The notes under the pieces: generated by a model
What the model saw: the letters and a program-made list of their open reading frames with translations, nothing else
What the model was told of the DNA's origin: nothing
Database searches by the model: none
Translations under genes and position numbers: made by a program
DNA from: an uncultured Lachnospiraceae bacterium
GTDB lineage: Bacteria; Bacillota; Clostridia; Lachnospirales; Lachnospiraceae
Length of the DNA stretch: 64,000 bases
Direction: 5' to 3'
Assembly (NCBI GenBank): GCA_963557065.1
Contig: CAUWCT010000043.1
Span: 4,197-68,196, forward strand
Shown: piece after piece, positions 62,896-64,000 of the stretch
Layout: each line of letters opens with the position of its first letter
How positions within the stretch are numbered: position 1 is the first letter of the stretch

Positions 62896-64000
62896 GAACG
62901 GCTCCCCCTTTCCTGAAGGCTTTGGTGAATCATCTGTGCAGCTTCTTTTCCCTTTCTTACAGCCCAGACAACCGTTTTATCTCCCAGAGCCAAATCTCCT
63001 GTTACAAATACTTTGGGATCTGCAGTCCTATACCCTTCTGCATCTCCTGCTCGTTCCTTTAATTCCAGGCCCAGGCCGTCAAGGTCCGGTTTCTGACCAA
63101 CTGCCAGAATAATCTTATCCGCACGAATCCGCAATGTTCCGTCCATATGGCGATGCTTAAATGTTACGGTCTGTTTGTCTGCCTGTTCCGGAACATAACC
63201 GTCAATAATCGTGACTCCCATTTCTCTCGCGCCATCCAGTTCCTTTTCAGAAGCCAGAAATTCACAAAGTTCCTCATAAGCAACATCTGTTACCCGCTTT
63301 GCGCCCAGACGTTTTAAAGTAGTTGCCGCATCCATGGCTACGTCACCGCCGCCAATCACCAGAACATGATCCGGCACCTCTTCTTTTCCTTTGTTCGCTT
63401 TTACTCTTGCTAAAAATTCAACTGCAGTCTCTGCATATTCGTTTTCCTCAAACATGGGGAGCATTTTTCCGGAACTGAAGCCAACTGCTGCCAAAACTGC
63501 ATCGTATGTATCTTTTAATTCTTCTATGGTTCGATCCCTTCCTATGCGAACATTGCAGTAAAGCCTGGCTCCCAGTTTTTGAATTCGCTCTATCTCTCTG
63601 TCAACTACTGCATTGGGAAGTCTGTATTCCGGAATGCCATAACGCAGATAACCACCTGCCTGTTTTGCTTTCTCATAAATATCTACTTCATACCCAAGTT
63701 CCAGCAGGGAAGCCGCTGCCTGAAGTCCGGATGGTCCGCTTCCGATAACTGCAACCTTCTTTCCATTTGGCTCTCCCTTTTTCAGGATTTCCATTCCTGA
63801 CCTGTCTTCAAAATCTGTCACAAACCTCTGGATTCCGCCAATATCAATGGGACGATCAATTCCGCATCTGGAACAAGCCTGCTGACAGTAGCGTTCGGTA
63901 GGACAAACCCTTGCGCAAATGCTGCCGATTGCATTATTTTCCCGAATCGTCTCGGCTGCTCCCTTTAAATTGCGAAAACGTACACTCCGAATAAATTTTG
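62892..64000 (-). CDS. preT: Dihydropyrimidine dehydrogenase subunit PreT (GltD-like NAD/FAD oxidoreductase). Partial: the N-terminus lies right of the window.
   Basis: GSGPSGL dinucleotide fold. My translation of 63822-64000 continues the frame without stops (…[38 protein letters not shown]…), so the GTG at 63821 in the track is internal. Confidence 0.82.
   Translation of the reverse strand, partial: KFIRSVRFRNLKGAAETIRENNAIGSICARVCPTERYCQQACSRCGIDRPIDIGGIQRFVTDFEDRSGMEILKKGEPNGKKVAVIGSGPSGLQAAASLLELGYEVDIYEKAKQAGGYLRYGIPEYRLPNAVVDREIERIQKLGARLYCNVRIGRDRTIEELKDTYDAVLAAVGFSSGKMLPMFEENEYAETAVEFLARVKANKGKEEVPDHVLVIGGGDVAMDAATTLKRLGAKRVTDVAYEELCEFLASEKELDGAREMGVTIIDGYVPEQADKQTVTFKHRHMDGTLRIRADKIILAVGQKPDLDGLGLELKERAGDAEGYRTADPKVFVTGDLALGDKTVVWAVRKGKEAAQMIHQSLQERGSRS

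Noticed and set aside
1-64000. A search for a defense island, prophage, integrative element, toxin-antitoxin pair, biosynthetic cluster or secretion system.
   Set aside because: Every ORF above about 100 aa is accounted for by housekeeping, sporulation or transport functions with conserved Firmicute synteny. There is no integrase, recombinase, phage structural gene, cas gene, restriction-modification gene or NRPS/PKS-type gene. No abrupt compositional change is visible by eye.

Overview
This window looks like core chromosome of a spore-forming Firmicute. Gene content and synteny resemble Clostridia/Lachnospiraceae, but the taxon cannot be proven from sequence alone. I count about 60 protein genes, one tRNA-Trp and no rRNA or CRISPR. 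Over 90% of genes are on the minus strand, usually with gaps under 50 nt.

Minus-strand gene order, right to left:
- preT-preA-DUF1097, then an orphan purC (plus strand), a lipoprotein, a secreted Tyr-phosphatase/LysM protein, icd (plus strand) and tepA.
- A roughly 20-kb co-directional string: ftsK-fhs-murE-murF-priA-def-fmt-yugP-like-rsmB-rlmN-stp-prkC-rsgA-rpe-thiN-pdxK.
- serS, then a sugar locus (ArsR-like regulator <> SBP-permease-permease-GH2-GDPD), rqcH (plus strand) and yicC-gmk-rpoZ.
- rimO-pgsA-cinA-(two unknown genes)-ytfI-ytfJ-(micro-ORF), then marR-MATE, an MBL lipoprotein and LysM-GH18.
- gntR-mcsA-mcsB-clpC-(unknown)-radA, tRNA-Trp, pfp, a Crh-like HPr paralog, an orphan flagellin, and a nuclease-helicase truncated at the left edge.

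The ORF track translates alternative start codons as M, and several listed ORFs carry spurious N-terminal extensions. I re-picked those starts from Shine-Dalgarno spacing and family N-termini.

I see no defense, secretion or biosynthetic island. The most notable unannotated signal is a family of 151-bp structured MITE-like elements:
- three intact copies, each with a perfect 18-bp terminal inverted repeat and an 8-bp target-site duplication;
- covarying internal hairpins;
- three truncated or diverged relics.
All copies are intergenic and sit at gene 3' ends. One lies inside the ABC-transporter operon.

Secondary leads are a GntR/YtrA regulator where CtsR normally sits, an uncharacterised operon where recA normally follows cinA, a His15-less HPr paralog beside a PPi-type PFK, and preTA with a co-transcribed DUF1097 membrane protein.
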